Of a stretch of 64,000 nt of DNA, positions 1 to 8,654 are shown in pieces. The DNA lies in the NCBI GenBank assembly GCA_943355055.1, contig CALREA010000002.1:1078-65077 (forward strand), in the 5' to 3' direction. The translations under genes and the position numbers were made by a program. Positions within the stretch are counted from its first letter, which is position 1; every line of letters starts with the position of its first letter. The notes under the pieces are model-generated. The model had not been told where the DNA came from. It saw only the letters and a list, made by a program, of their open reading frames with translations, and did no database searches. The stretch comes from Candidatus Peribacteria bacterium (GTDB lineage Bacteria > Patescibacteriota > Gracilibacteria > UBA1369 > UBA12463).

Positions 1-1
1 T

Positions 2-109
<108 letters not shown>

Positions 110-110
110 A

Positions 111-1967
111 TTATAGTGATGCTAGAGCATCTTCCCACTTGAACTCTTTCAATTTTCCCTTGATTGTTTTTGCGGTTTTTTGTTTGTCTACCGTGAAGGG
201 GAGTGGTTGTTGTATTGGCTTGTCTCTTTGACCTTTCAGAGCTTCCAGCATTCGACGAAGCATGGGAATATGTTGAATTTTTCCTATCAATACTTCGGTG
301 AGTGTCGGTTCCATTTTTGCTTTTTGTGCCGACGTATCGTCTCTTCCTTCCAGACTCTTCTTTGCCTCTTCGGTGAGGTTTCTTAGATGTTCGTATATCG
401 ATATATATGCGTTTTTCATTTCCTGTGGTGCGACTACATCTTGAGCAATTCGTGTTTGCTTGATTTGCGCATAGATTTTTTCCAGTTCGGCGACCAGGTC
501 TTTCGGGTCGTATGTTTTTTCGTTGAGCGATACCGTGTAATGAACTTTTTTCAGATCGAGCATGGTGCGATGCATTTTCCCCAGTGCGTAGAGCGTGACA
601 AAAAGTTTCCGCATTGATTCGTGCCCTGATATATCTTTTTCATCGTATGATTCTAATTTTTGGAGCAGTTCCGTGATGATGTTTTTATATTTTTTTCCAA
701 ACATCAGGTTTGGTTGACTCTGCATATTTTCCACGTCTTGGAGCAGATTTTGCAAATTATGCATGATTTTTTGTCGCTCCGGTAGGGTGAGTGGCACTTG
801 CGATGGTCGCAGAATGCGTAATTCATGGTGATGTTTTTCCACCTGTGAGAGAAAATTCTGCGTTGGGATTTGCTCGTCTTCAATTTTTCCCTGAAGTCTG
901 ATTCGATCTCCTCCGAGATACTCATTAATATGTTCAATCTCTTCCGTTCTTCTTCCCAATGAATCAATGGCGGTAATGAGACATGCGAGCATGGCTCCAG
1001 GATTTTGCTTCCCTGATTTGTATCGAACCGTGAGCGCCTTTTTGATCTGTTCGCGCATTTTTATTTTTTCCGGTTTTTCCACAAATTCTAGTTTGTCGAC
1101 GCAGGAAGTAAGTGCCTCCATAAGCGTTTTTATAGCGTCAGTATCTTTGATTTCATGCCATTTCATCAAGCTGGTATGAATTTTTTTCAGTGTGTCTTGA
1201 ATGGTTTTGAGTATATGTATCTCTTCTCCGCATCGTTGTTGTATGTGTGCCAGTCTTCTCTCCGCGCCATAGATGTCCGTTTTGAATAAAACTTTTTGGC
1301 CGTTATTCGCGTGTTGTGTTCCGAGTATGTATCCATCGTTTTTTCCGTTTGAAATTCTCATGAGACGGAAGTATTTTTGCTTGGATTCTTCGAACTCATG
1401 GGCATGAATAAACGGCCTGAGGTTCACAATCATACCTCGTATTTCCGGAATGGCTTCGGCTCGCTGTATGAGTCCCGGGACTCGCTTGGTTTTTTTTGCC
1501 GGAATATATTTTTCCAGTCCGAGATTACTCAGTAGCGTATCGTTTATTCTTCGTGGATCAATGATAATACTATCGAGAGCTTTTTTGATTTCTGCTAAAT
1601 TTTGCAATTCTTCACGTCCAAATGTCACTCGGTCCACGGGATTCGAGAGAATATCACTTGTTGTTTTTACGATGGTTCGAGGTGCCGCTCGCCACTCCAT
1701 CTCGGTTGCTGGTTTTTTTGAGTGCCACACGGTATTTCCGACCGTTTGTTCGAACTTAATTCTGCAAATTTGTTGTATGTAATCAATTTGCCGCGCGATG
1801 GCCTTTTCGATATTGGCCGCAGAGGTATCGAATGTTGCCAATTCTTCGTTGTGTTCATTTGCCAGCGGCGTAGGCCGCTGGCCATTGAAAGCCTGATGGT
1901 CCTTTGTATATAGTTGGTATTCAGGAAGTTCCGTGAGTTTGTTTTCCGGAATGGATATTTTGGCCAT
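111..1967 (-). CDS. Hypothetical protein, 618 aa, largely helical
   Basis: Long ORF rich in K/E/L/I; no motif recognised. Confidence 0.8.
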   Translation of the reverse strand: MAKISIPENKLTELPEYQLYTKDHQAFNGQRPTPLANEHNEELATFDTSAANIEKAIARQIDYIQQICRIKFEQTVGNTVWHSKKPATEMEWRAAPRTIVKTTSDILSNPVDRVTFGREELQNLAEIKKALDSIIIDPRRINDTLLSNLGLEKYIPAKKTKRVPGLIQRAEAIPEIRGMIVNLRPFIHAHEFEESKQKYFRLMRISNGKNDGYILGTQHANNGQKVLFKTDIYGAERRLAHIQQRCGEEIHILKTIQDTLKKIHTSLMKWHEIKDTDAIKTLMEALTSCVDKLEFVEKPEKIKMREQIKKALTVRYKSGKQNPGAMLACLITAIDSLGRRTEEIEHINEYLGGDRIRLQGKIEDEQIPTQNFLSQVEKHHHELRILRPSQVPLTLPERQKIMHNLQNLLQDVENMQSQPNLMFGKKYKNIITELLQKLESYDEKDISGHESMRKLFVTLYALGKMHRTMLDLKKVHYTVSLNEKTYDPKDLVAELEKIYAQIKQTRIAQDVVAPQEMKNAYISIYEHLRNLTEEAKKSLEGRDDTSAQKAKMEPTLTEVLIGKIQHIPMLRRMLEALKGQRDKPIQQPLPFTVDKQKTAKTIKGKLKEFKWEDALASL

Positions 1968-2103
1968 TACGATGTGATTATATATTTCGTTTGCGTGGAA
2001 GTTATCTTATGCTTTTTTCTTTATATACGTCAAGTCTTGCTTTGCTTAGCTTCGCTTGGTATCGTATGTCTGTCAGTGATATTTGTATAAACCCTCATTC
2101 TCT

Positions 2104-2517
2104 ATGCGCGAAATTCGAATCGATGAACAAAGCCTGAATCGTAATGGAAAAAAGGGGATTAGTAAGCAGATGCGTGATGTAGAAGTTCCGAGTAGTGATA
2201 TTGGATTTCAGGTGAGTGAAATCTCCGATGATGATGCTGTGGAAGAGGGTGTTATCAATGCGCCCATCGAGGAGCGCGAGCCTGGTGATTTGGTGAGAGT
2301 CCGATTTGATAAGTTCGTTCAGCTGGTGGCCACGCATAACTTCGAAGAAGTTCTCAAAAATCATGCGGAAGAGGATATTGTCATGAATTCCAATCTTTTG
2401 ATGGATTTGGCGTCGGCTCATGAGGATGTCGATGATTCGAAAAAACAGTCAATGATGATTGGGGCGGGCATACTCATCGGCTTGGTCGTGGCGATGGTTT
2501 TGATTAAGTTGTTTTAG
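2104..2517 (+). CDS. Hypothetical protein with a C-terminal membrane anchor
   Basis: Acidic body followed by hydrophobic tail MMIGAGILIGLVVAMVLIKLF; ATG at 2104 preferred over TTG at 2083. Confidence 0.75.
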   Translation: MREIRIDEQSLNRNGKKGISKQMRDVEVPSSDIGFQVSEISDDDAVEEGVINAPIEEREPGDLVRVRFDKFVQLVATHNFEEVLKNHAEEDIVMNSNLLMDLASAHEDVDDSKKQSMMIGAGILIGLVVAMVLIKLF

Positions 2518-2529
2518 TTTTGGGATTAT

Positions 2530-2685
2530 CTCTGCGCCGTACAAATTGGACGGAGCGATTTTGTCGTAGATGCCGTTTGCTGACGCTGTTGCCCAAATAT
2601 TGACGAGCTTTGCGCTCGATGCCCGACGAGACAAACTCTGTCGCCGTGACGAATCATTATAACGCCCGCGACGTTGGAGCTGTTG
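2530..2685. repeat. Degenerate ~50-nt repeat tract downstream of HNH gene 1
   Basis: caaat-tggacggagcgattttgtcgtagatgcc (2542-2574) resembles caaatattgacgagctttgcgctcgatgcc (2594-2623); ctctgcgccgtacaaat (2530-2546) resembles ctctgtcgccgtgacgaat (2636-2654); gctgttg occurs at 2585 and 2679. Confidence 0.45.
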
Positions 2686-2710
2686 GTTGTGTGAGTCGAG
2701 AGGGTATCAC

Positions 2711-3568
2711 TCACCTTCTCCTCATCTCCTGCACCCTCACGTCGATCGCGTGAGCTATCTGATGATGCTCTTTGCAGAGTGGTGCTAACAAATTCGGATC
2801 ATGAGACTTCGTAAGCGAGAATCGTGCCGTATGATGGATCTCTCTTGATGGCTTGTCACATCCCGTTTTCGCACACTTCGTTCCGTATTCTTGGGTGATG
2901 ATCTTCCTGACTCGTACGGGAATGTATCTCACGCTTGTTTCCGGCAGTGACGTTGCCACCTCCTCTTTTGCGTGTGTTATTTCTTCTTCTCGTTGATCTA
3001 AAAATTCCAACAAAGCCTGATTCACATCAATACCTTTTTGTTTCAACTCTTTTAATCGTGCAGCTACCTCTTCGTTGAATCCAAACTCGTTTGCCACTTG
3101 TGCTATTTCTATTTTGCATTCTGAATTTCCCCCGAGGGAGGCTCTTTCTAGAGTCGGGTCGACCCAATCTTCCAGCTTCATATCTCGTACGAACGTTTTC
3201 ACCGCAGACAAGGATAAGAGCTGTACCTTCTCCGCTAACTCCGACTCATTCTCAACCGTCGCGATAGACATCACTCTCACGATCTTGTTCACACTCACCT
3301 CGCCCGATTCCAGCAACCTCTTCAATACCGGTTTATCCTCCAATCTCACCGCTAGGTTCAAGGACTCGGCTACCTGAGCATCACTCAATCCCGCCAATCG
3401 CTTACCAAACTCGTACACATCTCTATACCCCTTTTGCACATACAACTTCCTCCTCTCTATCTCGGGCAACAACGCTCTAAACTTATTCCTCCACAACAAT
3501 GCCTCCCTGCCGAATTTCTCACACTGTTCCAGCAGCACTTTATCTGACAAATTTCTGACATCGTTCAT
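2711..3568 (-). CDS. HNH endonuclease-family protein with N-terminal helical domain (paralog 1)
   Basis: C-terminus RYIP..CAKTGC..EIHH..LCKEHHQIAH is a Zn-binding HNH signature; ATG at 3568 (MNDVRN) preferred. Confidence 0.85.
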   Translation of the reverse strand: MNDVRNLSDKVLLEQCEKFGREALLWRNKFRALLPEIERRKLYVQKGYRDVYEFGKRLAGLSDAQVAESLNLAVRLEDKPVLKRLLESGEVSVNKIVRVMSIATVENESELAEKVQLLSLSAVKTFVRDMKLEDWVDPTLERASLGGNSECKIEIAQVANEFGFNEEVAARLKELKQKGIDVNQALLEFLDQREEEITHAKEEVATSLPETSVRYIPVRVRKIITQEYGTKCAKTGCDKPSREIHHTARFSLTKSHDPNLLAPLCKEHHQIAHAIDVRVQEMRRR

Positions 3569-3587
3569 AAAGAGAAAGTTAAGAAAA

Positions 3588-3671
3588 TAAAAAAATAACG
3601 GGAGAAATAATCCTGTCCGCCTCCTCAAGAGAGACGAACTGTTCGTGTAGGACTTTTCCTAACCGCTATGT
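3588..3671 (-). ncRNA. Candidate structured leader or small RNA (three-way junction followed by a U-tract)
   Basis: Minus strand: AUAGCGG (3669-3663) pairs with CCGUUAU (3601-3595); it encloses hairpin UAGGA-AAAG-UCCUA and a 10-bp stem GUUCGUCUCU/GGAGGCGGAC with G-U pairs; a U-run follows. Confidence 0.5.
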
Positions 3672-3677
3672 AGATAC

Positions 3678-3686
3678 ATTATAGCA
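3678..3686 (-). promoter_or_regulatory. Extended -10 promoter for the HNH1 leader
   Basis: TGCTATAAT on the minus strand matches TGnTATAAT and lies about 8 nt upstream of the predicted P1 stem. Confidence 0.6.
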
Positions 3687-3715
3687 AATTATCCGCAGAG
3701 AATAAACAAAAACAA

Positions 3716-3947
3716 CCAATTACAACGTGACAATTTTAATAAAAAATGATGAGATATATTTCGCATAAAAGCGCCCGAACGCAGGGCACACCCCGCACGA
3801 AACAATACATAAAAATTGACCATAGCTACTTGAAACAACGAGATACGTATGTCGGAATCGTAATCGGATTAACAAAAAATCCGCACCAATAAGCCAATTA
3901 CAACGTGACAATATTATCAAAAATGATGAAGTATATATTGCATCAAA
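3716..3947. repeat. Two imperfect ~55-bp direct repeats (3716-3770 and 3894-3947)
   Basis: ccaattacaacgtgacaattttaataaaaaatgatgagatatatttcgcataaaa versus ccaattacaacgtgacaatattatcaaaaatgatgaagtatatattgcatcaaa; the first 19 bp are identical. Confidence 0.85.
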
Positions 3948-3967
3948 TATCTTTCATCAAATCTACT

Positions 3968-3996
3968 TTGACCTCCCTTCTTATTTTCACTAGAAT
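3968..3996 (+). promoter_or_regulatory. Sigma70-type promoter for pyrH-frr-rseP
   Basis: TTGACC-17 nt-TAGAAT. Confidence 0.6.
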
Positions 3997-4055
3997 GCCG
4001 ATAGCTGCGTGATCGTAACTTGAACATAATCACCAACTCAAAACACCTTCATCTC

Positions 4056-4775
4056 ATGACTCCCAAAAAATCTCCCTATCATCGTATCATGCTCAAACTT
4101 TCGGGTGAGGTTTTGGCCGGACAACAGTCGTCAGGAATCGAGGGCGCGACATTGGAAAAACTATGCAAAAATATCCGACAGGTCACAGTCATAGGGGTAC
4201 AAGTCGCTCTCGTCATAGGGGGTGGAAATTTCTGGAGATTTAGAGATCAGCAGCAGCTAGGCTTGGATCGCACTATCTCCGATAGTATGGGAATGATGGC
4301 GACCGTGATGAATGCTGTCGCGATGGTGGAAAAACTCACCTCGATGGACATTCGTGCCAAGGCGTTTTCCGCCCTACCTGTTCCATCAATTCTTGATACC
4401 TATACTCCCCAAAAGGCAAGGGAGGCATTTATGACGTACGATGTCGTTCTCTGTGCCGGAGGGACGGGAAGTCCTTACTTCACTACTGATTCCGCAGCGG
4501 CTCTCCGCGCACTCGAGTTACAATGCGATGTTTTCCTGAAAGCGACAAAAGTTGATTATGTGTGCGATAAGGATCCAAAAAAGCACGCCGATGCCAAGAA
4601 GTTCACCCATGTTTCGTATCAACAGGTTTTGGAACTCGGACTTGAGGTAATGGATCTCACGGCCGTATCGCTTTGTATGGATAACAAATTACCTATCATT
4701 GTTTTCAATATGGAAAAGAGTGAAAATCTCATGCATATCATCAACGGTAAACAGATCGGTACAAGCATTTCTTAA
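4056..4775 (+). CDS. pyrH: UMP kinase
   Basis: KLSGE, GGGNFWR, GTGSPYFTTDSAAALRA, DP and VMDLTA motifs. Confidence 0.97.
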   Translation: MTPKKSPYHRIMLKLSGEVLAGQQSSGIEGATLEKLCKNIRQVTVIGVQVALVIGGGNFWRFRDQQQLGLDRTISDSMGMMATVMNAVAMVEKLTSMDIRAKAFSALPVPSILDTYTPQKAREAFMTYDVVLCAGGTGSPYFTTDSAAALRALELQCDVFLKATKVDYVCDKDPKKHADAKKFTHVSYQQVLELGLEVMDLTAVSLCMDNKLPIIVFNMEKSENLMHIINGKQIGTSIS

Positions 4776-4787
4776 TATTTTTTTATC

Positions 4788-5348
4788 ATGTCTTCACAAG
4801 AAATTATTCACGGCGCCAACGAACTCATGGTCAAGGCAGTTTCTCATCTGAAGGAAGAATTTTCCCGATTACAGGTGGGTAGGGCAAGTCCAGCACTTGT
4901 GGAGGAAGTTCGAGTTGACGCCTATGGCTCATTGCAGCCGTTGAAAAGCGTCGCCAGCGTTTCAGTTCCTGATGCGAAAACGATTCAAATTCAGCCATGG
5001 GACAGGGGGCTGCTTACGGCGATTGAAAAAGGAATCCAGATGGCGAATATCGGACTTATGCCAAATAATGACGGTATTGTTATTCGAATTAATATCCCGC
5101 CCCTAACCGAAGAGCGACGAAGGGAATTGGTAAAAGTGGTCGGCCGATACAATGAGGAGGCAAAAATTGCGGTTCGTAATGTGCGGCAAGATGTTAATAA
5201 CACTCTTAATGCTATGAAAAAATCCAGTGAAATCACGGAAGATGAGTATTTTGGCGCCACCAAGGAGTTGCAGGTATTTGTGGATCATGCGAATAATGAG
5301 ATAGATGTGATGGCGAAAAAGAAGGAACAAGATATAATGACGGTGTAA
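4788..5348 (+). CDS. frr: Ribosome recycling factor
   Basis: GRASP, IQPWD and PPLTEERRRELVK motifs; follows pyrH. Confidence 0.97.
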   Translation: MSSQEIIHGANELMVKAVSHLKEEFSRLQVGRASPALVEEVRVDAYGSLQPLKSVASVSVPDAKTIQIQPWDRGLLTAIEKGIQMANIGLMPNNDGIVIRINIPPLTEERRRELVKVVGRYNEEAKIAVRNVRQDVNNTLNAMKKSSEITEDEYFGATKELQVFVDHANNEIDVMAKKKEQDIMTV

Positions 5349-5370
5349 TTTGTTTCACCTCACCTCCCTC

Positions 5371-6996
5371 ATGCATCTCCTCCTTACGATTTTTGTTTTT
5401 ATTGCGATATTGTCGATTCTCGTGCTCGCGCATGAGTTTGGTCATTATTATTTTGCGCGAAGAGCCGGAGTTCGCGTGGATGAGTTTGGATTTGGCTTAC
5501 CTCCCCGCCTGTGGAGTAAGAAAATAGGGGAGACGCTTTACTCGCTGAACTTATTTCCCGTTGGTGGGTTCGTGCGACTTTTTGGAGAGAGCGCGAGTGA
5601 GCCTGGGGCACTGAAGAATCCTCGAAGTTACGCGTCCAAGACGCTTCGTGAGCGTTTTTTTATCGTCTCGGCTGGTGTGTGTATTAATATTTTTTTGGCT
5701 GTTTTCCTTTTGTTTTCCGGTTTTTTGATAGGTATCAAGCCTCTTCTCATAGACCAGCAGGATATTCTTACCGCTATCGAAAACGGCCAACTTCAGATTA
5801 AAACGGGATATATGATCAAGGAAGTTCAGCCGGATAGTTTGGCGGAGAAGGTGGGAATTGAGAAAAATGATGTCCTTGTCGAGGTGAATAGCAGAGGTGT
5901 TATTACGCAAAATCTCCTTACGCAATCCGTTCTGCACGGAAAAGATATCGGTTTATCATTGAAGCTTCGTCGCGGTGATTCATTGATTCAGCTCAATATT
6001 CCCAAGCAAAAATTTGATGATTCCGGTTTAGGTATAGGACTCTATGAGTCTTTCATGGTTCCAAGGATTTTAGTCCAAAGTGTAGATCCTCAGAGCGAGG
6101 TGGCAAAAGCTGGTATCAAGGCCGGGGATATGCTGCTTTCCATTAATCATGTTCCAGTATACTCATCCGATGATTATCAATCTCTCCTTACGCGCAAGAC
6201 GGTTACTATTCAGTACGAGAGACAGTACAAAGTCTATGAGACTACGGTTACCTTCCCTCAGCGACGTTCGGTCGTGGTGGGTGATGTCGTATTCGGAAGT
6301 GGGGCTGACAAGGCGGAGTTGAAGAAGGGTGACGTGATACTTCAGGTTCAACGACAGGATATAGTTTCGCCCGAACAGGCGATTGATCTCTTGAATACTT
6401 CAAAGACTTCCGGCCAGCCGGCTCAACTCCTTGTAGAACGTGCCGGCAAGACGTTAACGCTTTTTCTGAGTCTCGGCTCGGATGGTACATTCGGCGTACG
6501 CTTGACACCGATTATCAATCAAAATCTCGGTATGGTTTTGGAGGAGACGACGCTTCCCACTACGATGGTTGAGCTCAAGCCGGTGCGATATGGCTTCTTC
6601 AAAAGTTTAGAAAAATCTATTACAGAGACGTATCGCTTGGGTCGCTCTACGTTAGGCATGTTTGGCTCGTTGATCACCGATCTTTTCTCTACATTTTCCG
6701 TTCCGGAGGGTGTTTCCGGACCGGTTGGTATCGCTCAGATGACCGGCGTGTTCGTGAGTGAGGGATTGATGTCCCTGTTGCGCTTCATGGCTCTTCTTTC
6801 CTTGAGTCTTGGAATTTTGAATCTGTTGCCCTTCCCCGGCCTGGATGGAGGAAGATTATTATTTATTATTATCGAGGGGGTTATTGGCAGACCGGTTAAT
6901 CAGAAATTTGAGCAAATAGTTCATGCTATCGGTGGTCTTTGTTTGATCGTTATTATTTTTGCGGTGACATATAAAGATATCGCGAGATTGTTTTAA
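5371..6996 (+). CDS. rseP: RIP metalloprotease RseP (M50) with multiple PDZ domains
   Basis: HEFGH, GGFVRL, GPVGI and NLLPFPGLDGG motifs; three S/G-xA-xKxG-xxxxD PDZ signatures. Confidence 0.93.
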   Translation: MHLLLTIFVFIAILSILVLAHEFGHYYFARRAGVRVDEFGFGLPPRLWSKKIGETLYSLNLFPVGGFVRLFGESASEPGALKNPRSYASKTLRERFFIVSAGVCINIFLAVFLLFSGFLIGIKPLLIDQQDILTAIENGQLQIKTGYMIKEVQPDSLAEKVGIEKNDVLVEVNSRGVITQNLLTQSVLHGKDIGLSLKLRRGDSLIQLNIPKQKFDDSGLGIGLYESFMVPRILVQSVDPQSEVAKAGIKAGDMLLSINHVPVYSSDDYQSLLTRKTVTIQYERQYKVYETTVTFPQRRSVVVGDVVFGSGADKAELKKGDVILQVQRQDIVSPEQAIDLLNTSKTSGQPAQLLVERAGKTLTLFLSLGSDGTFGVRLTPIINQNLGMVLEETTLPTTMVELKPVRYGFFKSLEKSITETYRLGRSTLGMFGSLITDLFSTFSVPEGVSGPVGIAQMTGVFVSEGLMSLLRFMALLSLSLGILNLLPFPGLDGGRLLFIIIEGVIGRPVNQKFEQIVHAIGGLCLIVIIFAVTYKDIARLF

Positions 6997-7115
6997 CTTG
7001 CATGATTTTTCTTGTCCTGTCTGGCTGCATTGCTCGATGATTATAAATGTTTTCAATTCACCATTTTTCATCAACGGGTAGTGGTATATTTTTTTTGTCT
7101 CACAAAATATGGAAT

Positions 7116-7124
7116 TGTGCAAAA
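7116..7124 (-). promoter_or_regulatory. Possible DnaA box upstream of dnaA
   Basis: TTTTGCACA on the minus strand fits TTWTNCACA; only one such box was seen. Confidence 0.35.
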
Positions 7125-7180
7125 CTCTTGCTTGGGGGCTAAGTCATCGTTACTATGGTGCGGCACTGTAAAATTTTTCT

Positions 7181-8647
7181 ATGCACGATTTGAATGAAGT
7201 GTGGCGCGGAGTGTTGAAAATTATTGAGCAAACCATGCCTCGAAAAGTTTTCGTGACGTGGTTTCAGCATACGGCACCTATGTCTTATGAAAATGGCGTT
7301 TTTGTTATTGGTTTTCCTAATCCTTTTACCAAAGAATGGGTAGAAAAGCGTCACACGGCGCAAATATTTGACGCGCTCAAAATGAATTTCCTCGATTTGA
7401 AAGAGGTGAGGTTTACGGTTGAGTTGGGTTTGGCCAATCAAGATGATTTGAGAAAGATAGAATTAAAAGACGAATCACCGAAGCGCGCTCGTCGTGTGAG
7501 TGGAGGGCGTGAGGTGAGTTTTGGGGATGGTTTACGTAGCAAAGCTCTGCAGGATAAATACAAACTGAATTCGTTTATCACCGGACCGGCAAATCGCGTT
7601 CCTTATGCTGCGGCTCAGGCGGTTGCTACGAACCCGGGGGGTATTTATAATCCTTTCTTTGTGTATGGAAAAGTCGGACTCGGGAAGACGCACCTTCTCC
7701 AGGGAACGGGCAATGAGATTCTTCGGAACAATCCGGATGCGGTGGTTGTGTATATTACGTCTGAGCGTTTCGTTAACGAGGTTATCGAGTCGATTCGTAC
7801 TCGACATATGAAGGAGTTCAAAGAGAAATATCGACGTGTTGATTGTCTGATTGTTGATGATATTCAGTTTTTCAGCTCCAAGACGACGAGTCAGGAAGAG
7901 TTTTTCCATACGTTTAATGATCTTTTTGATTCGGGTAAGCAACTCATCATCAGTTCCGATCGTTCTCCGAAAGAGTTGAATGACCTTGACGATCGATTAA
8001 CGAGCCGATTTGGCATGGGTATGGTAGTGGAGGTTCAGCCTCCGGAATATGAGACGCGCCTCGCCATTTTGCAGAATAAGTGCATGACGGATGGTGTTAT
8101 TATTGACGGCGAGGTGTTGAGCTGTATCGCCTACCATATCGAGGAGAGTGTGAGGGATTTGGAGGGCGTGCTCAAGTCAATTATAGCTGCCGTGAAACTT
8201 CAGGGACTCACTCCTACCGTTGAAATGGCCATGAATACCATCAAGCAGCTCCACAAGGCCGTCGATGTTCGTGAAGATTTTGTGAGTAGTGATCATGGTA
8301 GACTCTTGGGTTCCGGTGTTCCGAGTATTCCGGTTTCGGCATCCACTCGTAATTTCATCCGCAATGTAGATCATCTCATGACGACAGTAGCTAAGTATTT
8401 TAATATTTCTAAGGTGGATTTGATAGGAGAAGATCGACGCAAGGAGATTTTGGTTCCTCGACAAATCTGTATGTATATCATACGAAAAGAGATGGATGAG
8501 GCGTATGAGAAGATCGGCGCGGACTTTGGCGGAAAGAATCATACGACTGTCTTGCATGCTTGCCATAAAATTGAGAAGATGTTACAGACGGATCAGCGAA
8601 TCGTTCGCGACCTCCATGCGATCAAGCAGGAGTTAGGTCTCGTCTAG
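7181..8647 (+). CDS. dnaA: Chromosomal replication initiator DnaA
   Basis: YNPFFVYGKVGLGKTHLL Walker A, LIVDDIQF, QEEFFHTFN, and FGGKNHTTVLHA in domain IV. Confidence 0.98.
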   Translation: MHDLNEVWRGVLKIIEQTMPRKVFVTWFQHTAPMSYENGVFVIGFPNPFTKEWVEKRHTAQIFDALKMNFLDLKEVRFTVELGLANQDDLRKIELKDESPKRARRVSGGREVSFGDGLRSKALQDKYKLNSFITGPANRVPYAAAQAVATNPGGIYNPFFVYGKVGLGKTHLLQGTGNEILRNNPDAVVVYITSERFVNEVIESIRTRHMKEFKEKYRRVDCLIVDDIQFFSSKTTSQEEFFHTFNDLFDSGKQLIISSDRSPKELNDLDDRLTSRFGMGMVVEVQPPEYETRLAILQNKCMTDGVIIDGEVLSCIAYHIEESVRDLEGVLKSIIAAVKLQGLTPTVEMAMNTIKQLHKAVDVREDFVSSDHGRLLGSGVPSIPVSASTRNFIRNVDHLMTTVAKYFNISKVDLIGEDRRKEILVPRQICMYIIRKEMDEAYEKIGADFGGKNHTTVLHACHKIEKMLQTDQRIVRDLHAIKQELGLV

Positions 8648-8654
8648 CATTCTT

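Noticed and set aside
2449-2714. Short ORFs of 61-62 aa downstream of HNH1
   Set aside because: No recognisable protein features; one overlaps a gene on the opposite strand. Treated as non-coding.
2711-3568. IscB/TnpB/Cas9-like nuclease or IS transposase
   Set aside because: No RuvC, PLMP, DDE or HUH motifs, and no terminal inverted repeats or target duplications seen.
3634-3646. Classical LexA (Cheo) box
   Set aside because: The spacing is GAAC-N1-GTTC, not GAAC-N4-GTTC. It is kept only as an unexplained palindrome.
3716-3947. CRISPR array
   Set aside because: Only two imperfect ~55-bp copies with a ~123-bp gap, and no cas genes in the window.
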